This document shows positions 35,601-55,153 of a DNA stretch of 64,000 nucleotides, piece after piece (within the stretch, counting starts at the first letter, position 1; every line of letters starts with the position of its first letter). A program made the position numbers and the translations under genes. Below the pieces are notes generated by a model that was not told the DNA's origin, did not search any database, and saw only the letters and a program-made list of their open reading frames with translations. Where the stretch lies: positions 13,082,001-13,146,000 of the forward strand of contig OU015568.1 of assembly GCA_907165135.1 (NCBI GenBank). The letters run 5' to 3'. This DNA is from Oikopleura dioica (Eukaryota; Animalia; Chordata).

Positions 35601-37109
35601 ATGTGATAATTATATCGCTAGTGAGTAGGACGAGGCGCTTGAGATCCAGGGTGATATTTATTTGGTACTAAAGAGAGATATTCAAAAAACTGCTGTCAAA
35701 TTGAATAGACAACCCAAGAATCGCATGTTAGAAACTATTTGAAAGCAAAACAAATTCGTGTCTTGTTCATAGACTTCATTAATGGGGTAATAAGGATTAA
35801 GCGTATTTCTAAATAAATTCGTATCTAGCGGATTTCGGTTTCGTTTGATCTTTGATTTCCAAAACAAGGGTAAACGAATTCACGGTCAACATAAAAATTA
35901 TTCAAAATAAACATCTGAATCCTAATCAATACGGATAAATAATTCTAAATTATGGTTAACCTTACTATGCATGTTTATCAAACCTCAAAGTGATCAATAA
36001 AAACTCGAAATTATACTAATTTTCTACTAATTTTTGATTCCAACTTTTTATGTCATGATTTGCTTTACCTCTTTTGTGTACCCACTTCTTTCGTCTGCAA
36101 TGTAATCATACTTGGACAGTTTCACTAATAGCTCCTACAGACTGTCAGTGACTGATTATTGAGGATCCTCGATTTGTGACCGCTAAAACGTGAATTCTAG
36201 AGGAGCCCTCTCGACAAGCTCCTCAAAGCCGCTTCTCACGTTGCGTGGTCAGGAAATTCGAATTAAATGGAACACTTATTTTGATCACGTGTTACCGAGG
36301 TCGCGAAATTTGTTACGCCCGTGTAAGCGCTGTATTAAGTCGCGACCGACGGAAAAGGGAACATTTTTTCAGCGGTCGAATTCGATTTTTTTGCGAATTT
36401 TGGATTTTATCTTTTGAAACTGTTTCTTGGGCCAGGGCTCGGAATGCCAGAAAGTGTCGGGGTAGGGGTCGTTCATTTTGTCCGGGAAGCGATTCAACGC
36501 ACTTGAGGCATCTTTTTGGCAAATCGAACACGAGCCTTGATTGTAATAGCTAGAAATAGAATTACTCAAATGTTGATTTCCGACAAAGTATGATTCTAAA
36601 CTTGGACAAGAGACATAAGAGCTTTTTCCTCCAAAATTTGCGGAAAGGGATGGGCGCCAAGAAGTGCCAAAATTGTTTGACTTTTGAAATGAACAGTCAT
36701 TCTATTTACTTCCGTCCTGGCGAGCCCGATTTCTCGAGGTACGTCACGGGACAACCGCACGCTGGATTTTTCGTTGATAGTAAGTAAGATCTGTGGCCTC
36801 CTCTTTTCTTAGGGAATGAAGAGGAGATCATTATCAACCAAAGACCAGCAGCGGGAGGGTAAGTCGGCTTAGTTCAAAACCAGCGCCGTAAAACTCTAGT
36901 TATAATATTTTACTACGTCGCCATAAGTACCCGCAGTATTTTGATTCGTCTTTTCCATCTTCGGACGGCATTTTTGCGCAAGTTGCTTCATCTGGCGACA
37001 CTCTGAATGATTAACTGAATAATGGACAATTATCGATAGTTTAAACTTGCGAGGTCAAAAACAAGGAAACCGCACTTTTTAGCAGCGAAAAGAAAGCGTT
37101 AATATTCAT
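32660..37109 (-). CDS. Laminin N-terminal domain + laminin-EGF protein (netrin-G-like)
   Basis: DTFWHSEPW; INITLDL..LTSDIIITFTEAKPAEMVVEKSSNDGVSWSPIEFFSRNC; RCYCYGHA..CACSHDTSGVECDTC; GPNCETCRRGYY..CQPCNCNPKG; ends ...CKQEM* with no NTR domain. Confidence 0.82.
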
Positions 37110-40100
37110 CGAGTACTTAGTCGAGAGAACTCACAAAATATACATCTACCGTATGCACGGAATACTGTCAGACAACTTCCATCCCGAAGTACTTTCGCTC
37201 ATCAATTTTTTAACCGGTTGTCTCGGTGCGGAATCTTTCACATTTCAGGGCCCGCGATTTCCACGAAAATGCAATGTTTTAGAAAAAAAAATATGGCACG
37301 TATTCGAGATATGAAAATATCTCCTTCACACGTGGCTTGACTTCTATATCTACATGTATCACAATTAAGGAGCAACTCACGTGACGGTGGCGATTCGCGC
37401 CAGGTTGAGTTCAGAATCTTCTGGTTCACAAGGCTTTGGGCGGCTTGTCTTTGAAGATTTCGGGTTTTCTTCACATCTAAAATATTTCGTTTTCATTAGA
37501 ATTTTCAATTTATTTAGGTCGCCAAAGTAAGAAATAGAAAATATTCCGCTATTTTTCTTCATTCTTGACCTTCTTCCTACCAAATTTGACCTGAATTTGG
37601 TAGATATAAATATCCCAAAAGAACATCTTGTTTAGCCAAAGTCATTGAGTATCCGAGTGAATATTTAATTGTTACAAAAGTCAAGTACAACAGAAAGCCA
37701 GGAAGAATTAAAATATAAAAGTATCGAGTTTTACTTGAACTGCAACTTGATCAACTTGCTACGTCGCCCTAATCGGGCCCCTAAACTCGCCTAGCACTTC
37801 GAAATCAGCTCGCGGCTTAGCGCACCGTGGAATTGGACTCAAGGGACTTTAATTTTGCAAAATCACTAATTGAAGATCGAGAGTTATTACGAGTTTAAAC
37901 TTTTGGGCCTTATAATTGTTAAAAACAAGCCGCATTCTTACGCACAGATAAAAAAGAGCTTTGCGGGGTCCCAGGAACGAGTACTGCAGCCTCGCATATT
38001 GTATCTGATGCGTGGTAAATTAATCTTGAGAATTTTATGCTGCAAGGGTTTGTTTTATCAGCGAGATATCTCCCTTGCGGTTCGAGGGTTCATGGGCGCG
38101 GTGCAACAGTGGTTACATCATACAGAAGGGGCATTACACCCTAGGACCTCTGATTTGATAGGTCAAAGCTGTCATTTTAAGGGGGTTAGGGTGTAAAGAG
38201 GGGTTTTTCTTCGAGAAGTCAAAAATCTACTAGTCTAGTTCTCTAAGAGAAAAAGTACGACGTAGGTGATTCATAAGAAGAAAATGATGTGGAGATGGAA
38301 AAGCGATGCCTTGTTTAATCTGCTAGCTTTTATAAAAATAAACCGTAATATGAATAGCAATGATATGATTTGGTAAAAAAAGTCTCATGTTCTGCGGGAG
38401 GAGTTGCATCAAGTTTTAGTAACTGGTTTAAATAAACGCTTATTACACGAAAAAGTGGCCACATAGTTGAGAAATGATGAGCTCCTTAATTTGATTCTCA
38501 TGGATCTTGTCTTTTGAACGAGTTTGCATTGATTGCGCGAATCGGATTTTAAGTTGATTAAGGAGTTTTCTAAATTGGGTTTGATTTTTATTTGGAGCTA
38601 GAATAATGGATTTTGTTTGATCAGTTAATTCTCAAAAGCGTCGTAGAACAGGGGGGCCGTTGACGTGATGCGACTCAAGTTGACATTTTGAATTTTGATT
38701 GATTGGAATCAAATAATCACTCTTCGCAAGAAAAACAGTAGGATCGCACCGTATGTTCTTTTAATTATTTCGCGTAATGAATGAAATTGATTCGGGGGTA
38801 TTTTGTCTTCAAGCTGATAGAGCTGGCATTAAAATTATTTCAAGAACGTGTGATAACTGATAAGGGAAGGGACTGATAAGAAATCTCACCTCGTTTGAAA
38901 ACACTGTGGAAAGACTTGCAATAATTCAATACTGTCTTCATTTAGGGAAGTTTAGGAGGGAAGATTATGAAAAAAAAAACTAGTAAATAGAAATAATAAA
39001 AAAGAAAGCATTCCTCGGAAATCTGATCGACTCCAACGGTGACCATCTAATTAATGATTCGTCAGATTCATTTGCAGTAGCGACTAAACATGTAGGCCAG
39101 CGCATTTAATTAGGTTTCATTAAACACGATAAGAAGCCTTGTAATCCGCTAATCAAAAGACTGATCGTGTGAATATGTTCATTCAACACACCACCTTTCT
39201 GGTCTCTTCTAGAGTTCAAGAAGGCTTTAGAATTAGAATCCCTGTGTTTTTCGTTTTTGTTTAGTTTGAATTATTCCTGACGTTTTCTTCTGCCCAGCGA
39301 CGGAGTAAATTCCCACCAGTGTAATTAATCTCTTCATAATTTATTTCTCTCCGAATATAGTATGTTAGAACGCGAGAATGCTCTATGCATTTGCAGCGGC
39401 GTAAAAAATGGCCTGGAGCGCGAGTCCGCGGATTTTTTCACACGAGCGCGCCTCACCGGAGCGCCATCGTCCTCGACTTAAAAACCGCCGAACTCCACAC
39501 CTTTTTCTCCCGAAAGTGCCTCTTTCTGATTAATATTAAAATCTGACTTGACAAAGGAGACTTTGTTTTTCTTTATTTCTATCATTTTTTCTTCTTGTAC
39601 AGATTTAGATGAAAGGGATAATTGATTTCAATGCCGATCTGGAACGTCCTCAAATTTGAACAAAAAAAAAAGGTTGAAACACATTCTTTTTTTTTCGCCG
39701 AATTCGAAATGCAATTGGGACAGCTTCGACTTATCCACCTAAGCCACTCTTTCTCTTTTTTCCTCAGCTGATGATAATTTCGTTCAAGTTAAAAAATCAA
39801 ATAAATTTCAATTGAACAAACAGGCGAATTCGTTTTCCGGTTCTTCCGAGAAAAGGTTCTTTCGGGAAGATAACGGGCTTATAATTCTAGCTTTTAGAAC
39901 GTTTAAAGTAATTGAGGCGAAAATCGCCATTTTAAAAATGTCAGACTCGTGCTTATTCCAATTTTCCATAGCTGGTAGCTGATGCTTTCGACGTCTTGAG
40001 ATTTGAAATTTGAAATTTTGGAAATTTTCATTCTTCAATATTGAAAATGCAGATATTGAACTTTTCTGTAGCGGAAACTAATGGCCAGTAGATTGATTGA

Positions 40101-42997
40101 ATAAGTCGTTTACCGGAGAATGAAAATTTAATTCGCGAGTTGAACAACGATTTGTTTTAGAACTTTTTTGTGCTGAATGCATTATTGAATCGCAAATGCG
40201 CAAAATATTTATAAAGGCGCGCGAAATGTACTTCCACGAATTATAGACAATCAAATATCTAACGCCGCTACTCTGATCTCAGTCTAGTCATTTTAAAAAT
40301 AGATGATCATCAGGTCGATGGGTTCGCTTTTTATGTCAACACTAGTTGCTTATTCTTGTAAATTTGGAGCTCTCATTTTATTTTAAGAAATTGTTCGAAT
40401 TTGGCTTTATTAATTAACCAGAAACGAGTAAAATAATTCCGTCAACGAGCGTAGTTTGGCGGTCAAATTTTCTGCCAAATTTAGAATGAATGTTCAAAAA
40501 GTCAAGGATTTCCAATAATCTTAACAAGAGAACAATAGAAAAGAATCAAGCGGAGAAGGTGGCGCAGACGGAATCGTGAAATCGTGAAAACTCTCGATTT
40601 CAGCTCGTGCGCGCCCTCGCGCTCCCGCTGAGCCCGACGCGCCGCGCTGAACCGCTTGGTCTTTTTCGACAAAGAGATTTTTGAAAAAAGAGACCCTGCA
40701 TGGGCGACTGAAAAATTTTGGGTAATGCACTAAAAAGGTGAGTTCAATTACTGTAAAATATCTCAGAAAAAAAAACTATAATTATGAAAAAGATATTCAA
40801 GAGTTATAATTTAAAATTTATCTTCTACTATTTTTTCCTAAGTTAATGTTTTTTTAATATATTATTTATCTTGATAGCGTTTGCTGAACTTTCATTCTGT
40901 AATTTTTAATTTATCAAACTCAGTGGTATTATTGTGCTCCTAGTTGGAAAGTGTTGTTTATATGACTTTATAAATGGTTTCTTTTGCGGTTATTATTGAC
41001 CTTATCTAGTGTCGTCAGTCGAATAAAATATTCAAAAATGCTTCTCCGAAGTTCAAAATTTGATTTTCTCCGAAACTGATTCAACCAACCAACTTAATGC
41101 ATTGAGACTTTCTCAAAGGCACTCAAAAATACTGAAACAAATTTAAATTGTATTGAGCAAAGCCTCGAAACTTTAAACAACTTCACTTTTTCTACCCCTT
41201 TTTTAACCCTTTGAACACAAGTTTGTGGATGCAAAATTATTGTAGAAACACGCTTTATAATACAAAACCCTTCACAAGTACAAACATCAAATATACAGCG
41301 CTATTGACTTTTCCCGAAAAGTGAAAAAGCGGATTAGTAGTCCGCTAATGGCCTCTCGGAAATGAGCTCTTCGCCGTTTTAGATGAACAGCTTCTTACAG
41401 GCGTTTTTAAGCCGGATTGATAAATCGCCGCGCGAGTAATGGAACGTCTGGATTAAGCGCAAAAACGTCAAATTAAGGACTCGAACTGTTATCACGGCTA
41501 AGAGCTCATCAAGGACGGATTACGACACGTTTTTTTTCGCCACCTCTAATGGACAGTCCAAACATTAGAAATCCCTTTTCCCTTTTTTCTCTGAAAAAAT
41601 ACCAAAAAATTTTATTAAAATTTTTCTTTCATGAAAGTAATTTCAAATGAAAAATTTGCTCCTACTTTCTTGATTCAATCAAATGTACTGTATTACTGTA
41701 TTAGTGGTACAGTAATCAAATTTACCAATTCAAAGTTTAATGCTAACTCGCAGATCGTTCTCATGAAAACCTGTTTTGAAAACAGAAACATTATGCACCG
41801 AGGAGATTTATGTCAAAAAAGTACTGCACGTGGTAGTTCAAAAAAATAAATCGCGCCTCTACAAGTTTTGTAGACCAAGTATTATCATTTTTGCAAAACG
41901 CTCGTTTTCAATTTTCAATTCTTCCTCCAATTTTCGGCCTTTGCTTTTTCGCTCCATGAAAACGTCACCTTGGGTAATCAAATTTGTTGCCACGAAATTT
42001 GGATTACAAATAGTTTATGAATTTCTTTTCTTTCTCCAACCTTTTTCTACAAATTCCACATTTTTCACTTCACCGAACGGGTTTTTGTTTAGGGATTCTA
42101 AAGGGGGATAAGGGATTGCACAGCTTTCAAGATAGTACTATCGAAATGAAGGCACAGAAGGTTTATACTTAAAGTATTTACTTTAAAATGCTCGCACCTA
42201 TCAGGCTGGCAAATATTTTTGATAAAAATAGATTCAGTTTTTTAGAAAATGATTTTTTTACTTCGAAGATTTATTTTCCTTCTCCCTTGTTTGATTCTTT
42301 ATTATTGGTAATTCAAATCAAAGTATCTTTCTTTTTTTTCTATTTCAAAATAGAATTCTGGGTCGAAAACGTGGTCACGTGGTTCTGACAGCTTATGGAG
42401 TGCAAAAGATAAAAGTGTCGAGCGGAAATGAGCAGAACGCTAATGACTTTTATCTGAAAACAGGCGACGATTTGGGAGATTGAAATTTAAATTCGAGCAG
42501 CGACCTTGTTGATTATCGACGAAATGCGAAAGTCGTAATTTCTCTCAAAATGTCAAAAACGACCATTTCATTTCCGGGCTTGGTTTTTACAAATTCTTTG
42601 GATCAACATTTTTCTGCTTGTTTTTAATTGATGCTTCTCTCCTAAGAATTTTCCTGGTATTTTATTAGATCTACGGTCAATCAAATTTAGAAGCGTAATC
42701 TTAAGGGTGTCAAAGGCTGATCAGAAAAGCTCGCGAAATTAACTTCTTTGTTTTAGAAGTTTCAAACCTTATATTAAATTTTAGCTGCGATTTGTGATTG
42801 AACGAACCTGAGCCGATCATCAATCCCGACACGATTCTCAACGGAATTTCTTAGGAACTCTGCGACCCCCTGCAGATCGTTGGAATTTCGATAAATTATA
42901 AATTTTAAATTTAAAATAGTAACTAATTTCACGAGAAATTGCGCGGGAAAGCGAAAGAGCGCACGAATTTTTTTCTAATTGAGATAGAAATTTAAAA

Positions 42998-43977
42998 ATG
43001 ACGATAAAATTGAAGAAATTCTTCAAATGGCTGCGGAAAGGGGGCGCTAAAGAGCAAGAAACAGCTGAAATCGCGAAGATTGATAATTTGTCGAACAGCG
43101 AAGAACTGGTCCTCTGTTCGCTTCCAGTGCGCGCCCAGTTCGCGTTTAACCCGACGCTGTCGAGAGCGCCGAGCTTGGCGCAGTGCGGGCCATTGCGGGA
43201 CACAGCTGTGCGCAAAAGGGTTATGCGTCACACGTCCGACGTCTCCCACCGCCACCGCACTGCACGTCACTTTGATTTTATTAAAAGTATGTAGCGCGTT
43301 TTAGAAATATTACAAAAAAAAACAACTCACGAGCATTTCCCCTAAATCTCGTTTCAAGCGCGCCTTGACGAGCTGCACGAGTTAGCAGAGCTCGACCGCC
43401 ATCCAATCGTGTCACCTCGCACGCGTCCTGGACGAACAGGCCTTCTTAAATTTGCGAAGACAGAACACGTTTCTGGCGGAAGCAATAGAAGCACCTCATT
43501 GATGGATCTAAGGATGCCACCGGTGCCCAGTTCGCCGCTTATGCCACTTTGGAAGCGCAGTAATCCAAGTTTGAGTGGCGATGCAGATGAATCCGGCTTC
43601 TCGGAAACGTCTGAGACAGATTCAAACATTTCAGGACCAGGTCAAATATGCCAAACTGGAAACTGGTTTCTTATAGCCCCTAGTTCTCGAGTTTTGGTCA
43701 ATTTTTTTGGCTTGTGTTGACTTGAAAATCAGACTCTTCCAAATGCTTGAGTTCAGCAAGTAGCTCAAAGGAAGACTCTTGTTTGAAAGAAAAGGTAAAA
43801 AAGGTAGATAGTTTGGACGACTTGGCGTTCTTCGCCGCGGGTGGAACGCCTTTTACGCGTCGCCGCGACGGCCCCATCAGGAGAGATCGCAAAACCGTTC
43901 TGTTGAACAGGTCCTTGAGCTGCGCTAATGCAGGTAAGCGACTTCATCGCGTTGGAAAATTGTTAACAACGTTCTAG
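42998..43977 (+). CDS. Uncharacterised Ser/Arg-rich, probably disordered protein
   Basis: Three consecutive GC-rich ORFs (42998, 43409, 43747) separated by intron-like gaps. No recognisable domain. Confidence 0.5.
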
Positions 43978-44260
43978 TGCACCGAAGCCAGCTGAATATA
44001 TGTTGGTCGGGAATCGTCGTTTGAAGAGACGATCTCGCGTTTTCTATTTCTGTAAATACATGTTTGACTTGACCACTTCCACAAATCTGCTGATTCTTTT
44101 GTACAAAGGTGCCAGTTATGATTATTTGAGTCATCGTAAAGACCGACAGAGGAATATTTAATTGGACAGACTATATTTGCATGTCATTGAGAATAATGGT
44201 GGTGCCCACGGGCGAATTCATTTAGTAAATTTCATTAAATTTTTTTTTGGTTGAAGAAAG

Positions 44261-46052
44261 ATGAATCCAGCTGCTGTTGCTCATCTGAGTATGTTTGTTT
44301 TGAAAGAGAAAGTTACTTTAAACATGGCGTAGGTCGGGCGAGTCGAGTCAGTAAAGTGGTGAAAGCTGCTCTTGGCAAGAATCTGCTCAATGATGAAAGT
44401 CCAGTTTTGGATCTTTATGATTTAGAAGGCCTTCGAGGAAGATTTCGGGAGGTCCAAGGTAAAATTAAGGGTATTTCCTTTTTATTGAAAACAAGGAGGA
44501 TATCGTCTTTGTTGACTTTTGCATTGAAATCATTTCCCAGAAGCGTTGCCATCATGGAATCACGCATTTGCGATCAAGACGAACCCGATTCGAGGGGTAA
44601 TGTTAGAGGCGAAAAAGTGCGGCCTTGGAGCGGAAGCAGCTTCAATCGGTGAACTTGAGCACGCGTTGCAGCTTGGCTTCGATCGATCAAAGATCGTCTA
44701 CGATTCTCCTGTTAAAACGAAAGCCCATCTCAAACACGCGCTCAACGCAGGAGTTGTCATTAACCTCGACAATCTGGAAGAAGTTGAGAAAGTGAATGAA
44801 ATTTTACCCGACTTAAATGTCGATGTGACCGGTAAAATTGGCATGCGAGTGAATCCTAACGTCGGAGCTGGAAAAATTGCCATGTCTTCGACTGCTGGGA
44901 AATCGTCGAAGTTTGGACTGCCGATGACCGGGGAATTCGAAGAAGAAGTGATCAAGATCATCCTCGACAACTCTTGGATTCAAGGTCTTCATCAGCATAT
45001 CGGAAGCCAGGGTATCTCGCTCGACCAGCTTACTCTTGGAGTGGAACGACTTGTCAAATTAGGAATCGGTTTTTATCATTTTACCCTGATTTTACCTTGT
45101 CTCAATGGTAAAATCGTTTGATAGCAAGGAAGATAAACGACCTCGCTGGAAAGAAGCAAATCAAATACATCGATGTCGGTGGAGGAATCCCAACAGACTA
45201 TGAATCTGACGATGAAAAAGTTGCATTCGCAGAATATGCAAAGTTGATTACAGATCGAGTGCCCAATCTTGCAGAATTTTCGTTTCACTCAGAGTTTGGC
45301 CGCTCTTTAGTGACGAAATACGCTTTTTCTGTTTCAAAAGTTGAGACTGTCAAAACATGGGGTGATAGAATTACTGTTTTGACACATTTCGGATCAAATC
45401 AGTTCTTGAGAGAGGTCTATCTTCCCGATACGTGGTTTCACCGGATGTCTGTATTGGATAAGGTACCTGGCTAGATACAGTTTCAACGCTTAGCTTTAAA
45501 GTTTTTCGTTTAAATTGTGGCATCAATTTTGAACCCAAGCTTCAGCCTTTTTAGAACGGAGATCCAAAGACAGGCGACTTAATCGAGCAAGACGTCGGTG
45601 GCCCCCTTTGTTTCCAAGGTTTCTTTATAACTTTTCCTATCATTAGATAGCCAGCAATATCGGTATATAATTAAATATATTAAAGGGGACTATCTTGCTA
45701 AAGCACGAGCGTTGCCTGAAATCAAGCCTGGCGATTACATCGTGATGCATGATATCGGTGGCTATACATATGCGCTCTACTCGCGCTTCAATTCTATCCA
45801 GGTAGGTTCATTTGATATCAAAAATAAGCTGAGCGTAAAGCAACAACATATCTGCTCCTTTGATATTCAGAATATCATATTCTGTAATTATATTATCATC
45901 AAATAGTCTTACGATGTCAATTTAAAATGTTACTTAAGGCCCCCGCTGTTTATGGTTACGATGAGTCGCATAACTTCTACGAATACAAATCTCGAGAAAG
46001 TTTGGCGGAAACCCTCTCTTTCTGGGGCCATCGAGAGCCGAAAAATATCTAA
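44261..46052 (+). CDS. Diaminopimelate decarboxylase-like, fold-type III (Orn/DAP/Arg class II) PLP enzyme
   Basis: PLP lysine HAFAIKTNP; EAASIGE; DSPVKT; SKFG; HIGSQ; IDVGGG; EFGRSL; GPLCFQGD; DIGGY..YSRFNS. Six introns predicted. Confidence 0.9.
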
Positions 46053-46268
46053 AAAGCAATCTGTTGGGGCGTTAATTGCCCCCTTCTGTTCTGCTTTCTT
46101 GTTGTACCACTCGTAATGTACGATTGGGGTCGGCATGGTTACTCCATTGTTTGAACTGCTCCTAATAAACACAGAATATCTACATATGTCCGAGTTCCGC
46201 CTCAGTAAATGTCATTCCTAGAGGTTTGATTAGCTCCAAGGAGAGAGGTTTTCGTAATAGAGAGGCTT

Positions 46269-49378
<3,110 letters not shown>

Positions 49379-49939
49379 GATCAAAAGAACGCCTCAACTT
49401 GTTCAAAATGTTCACCGGATATGGGCGAGAAATGCAATTTTACCAAACAGGAAATCATTCGAAATTCTTATAAATAATAAGCCTAATTGAACTAAGAAAA
49501 AAATCGTAATAAAATGGATTAGTAAAAATTGAAATTGTAATTTTGAATGAAATTAAAAGCACAACAACAACTCTGCCTGCTCTCTAGATTTTGTACAACC
49601 CTTTTTTACACAAATAAACAACACAATTCAAAAACTGTTCATTCCTTCAGAGATTCTTTCTCGTTCAGGAACCCAGAATTCGAGTGGTTCGATCTGTTTT
49701 CCGGGCAGCGCGATTGGCTGAGCCTGGAAAGCAATTTTTTCGCTTGGTTTCCGACTTTTTATCGAGAGAAAAAGCGGTTCTGCGTGAATAAAGAGAATTC
49801 TGTTTGGAAATTTTGCAATTCTTTCTAGAATCCTGTTTAATTTTCAGGGGATGATTCATTTAAACGTTAATAAGTGGTATTTGAAGAATCCTCGACTGTG
49901 CTTTTTTACGATTCATATAGGAAAATTGTATTTTTAGAG

Positions 49940-53098
<3,159 letters not shown>

Positions 53099-53289
53099 CT
53101 CCAGAGCCATGCTTTTCACACATTCCTGACACTCACTTACTCCTAGGCCCTTTTCTACTACTGCGGCGTAATAACCTGGACTTTGACTGTTCAGAAAATT
53201 GGTTTTGTGGTAATTTTCAATCGTTGTTACGAAGCCAGCGTGAATCCAAACACGCGCGGTCTTTATTCCAACTTTTGTATAATCATGTC

Positions 53290-54248
53290 TAGGGGAAATC
53301 ACTAATAATTTGACTTTTTGTAGGGCTTAGTAGGGTGGGCATATAATACAGTTTTAGAAAGCCCAGAAGCTGGGGAACATTTTGACTATTGACACTTGGG
53401 GGTGATCTCGTACCCTGAGGGCATTTAGGTACCTCCAAAGTCCCAAAATCTGGCCAATTCCGGAAATGGGAAATTTTGAGGCAATAACTCGACCTTTCAG
53501 AAGGTGCCGTCTATCCTAGATTGTAGACCAGGCTCTGACGGTCATTTTGAGATATAGAAAAGTACTGAGACCCTGGGGTTCCTGAGGAGCTAGAGGCTCT
53601 TGAAGTCGGGGAACTCGAGAAAAATTCCGTACTTTTCTACAAAAAGTACACCATTTGTGTCACAAATACCTCCCAAAGACTTTTTATCTATGTTTCTTCA
53701 CTAAAAAATGTTTAAGAAATCATTTGGGGTCATCCGAGGTCAGATCGGGTCACTCATGACAGTTTTCTAAATTTCTTATAATTTCTGACCTAGAGTGACC
53801 TCAGATGACCCCAAATGATTTCTTGAACATTTTTTCATGAAGAAACATAGATAAAAAGTCCTTGGGACGCATTTGTGACACAAATGGTGTACTTTTTGTA
53901 AAAAAGTACTCAATTTTTGTCGAGTTCCCCGACTTCAAGAGCCTCTAGCTCCTCAGGAACCCCAGGGTCTCAGTACTTTTCTATATCTCAAAATGACCGT
54001 CAGAGCCTGGGCTACAATCTAGGATAGACGGTACCTTCTGAAAGGTCGAGTTATTGCCTCAAAATTTCCCATTTCCGGAATTGGCCAGATTTTGGGACTT
54101 TGGAGGTACCTAAATGCCCTCAGGGTACGAGATCACCCCCAAGTGTCAATAGTCAAAATGTTCCCCAGCTTCTGGGCTTTCTAAAACTGTATTATACGCT
54201 CACCCTACTAAGCCCTACAAAAAGTCAAATTATTAGTGATTTCCCCTA
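53290..54248. mobile_element. Palindromic hAT-type foldback MITE D
   Basis: Ends TAGGGGAAATCACTAATA...TATTAGTGATTTCCCCTA. 8-bp TSD ATCATGTC (53282-53289 and 54249-54256). Arms ~460 bp, loop ~30 bp. Confidence 0.93.
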
Positions 54249-55153
54249 ATCATGTCTTTCATTTCTTTTAGTTCACAACCGCTTTATAAACTGCCATTTA
54301 TTTTTTATAATAATAAAATCGAAGAAGACATGAAATTGATAGTCAGTGCATGTTTTTCTTTCAAAGATTTGCTCTGACTAAACTTTCTTGCAGAGGGATT
54401 TTTATTCTCAATTATTTTTTCAATGACCGTACACAGACTAATGCATGCATAATGAGTTTAATTTCCTTACTTGGATAAAAATTGAGATTCTTATAATGTT
54501 TAATTATTCCGTCGCTGGCTCTCCAGTAATGGCAGCTTAGTAGAGCAGAGAATTATTCGTGCTCGTGTCGAGAATCTTTCGAGAGTGTTCTAAGTAATTG
54601 GGACGTCTTTACACTACAATAGCACACATTACTTTCATTGCCTTTCGCTACAACCGTTTACATGGTTTTTGACGAACACGTCCACAAGAATCTGATGAAC
54701 TATTCGAGCAGAGGAGATCTCCCGTTTTGAATCCTGTCAAGAATCAACAGCAAGGGTTGAGTTTCAACATGGCTAGACATATGAAAATAGAATGAAATTA
54801 CACGAGAAAATCTGACGAAAGCGCTCAACACGCGAGTGAGACGGAAACCTGATCCAGAATGAATGGGTCTTCCCAATATCACGAGAGAAATGTATAAGAA
54901 TATTTTCTCATTTTGTATTTACGAAAATTTCGATACAATGAAGGTTGAACCATTCGTCTTCATGTTGTCAATCCGCCCTTTCTGTAAAGGATAATGAACG
55001 CCAAAAACATGGCTGATTTTAAACTATTGAATTGTACATCCGAGCGAGGAAAGCGCGACATCACGCGGAGTCGCCTTCATATAAACCGGTCTCGGCTAAA
55101 ATTAAACTTATACTCATATCATCTCCGGTCAAATAGTAATTTTTCTCGAAACC

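Noticed and set aside
38180-38192. Telomere-like GGGTTAGGG (also ~4593)
   Set aside because: Fewer than two full repeats; expected by chance.
37870-42388. Short ORFs in the long intergenic region
   Set aside because: Mostly non-ATG starts, AT-rich low-complexity translations, no consistent exon chain.
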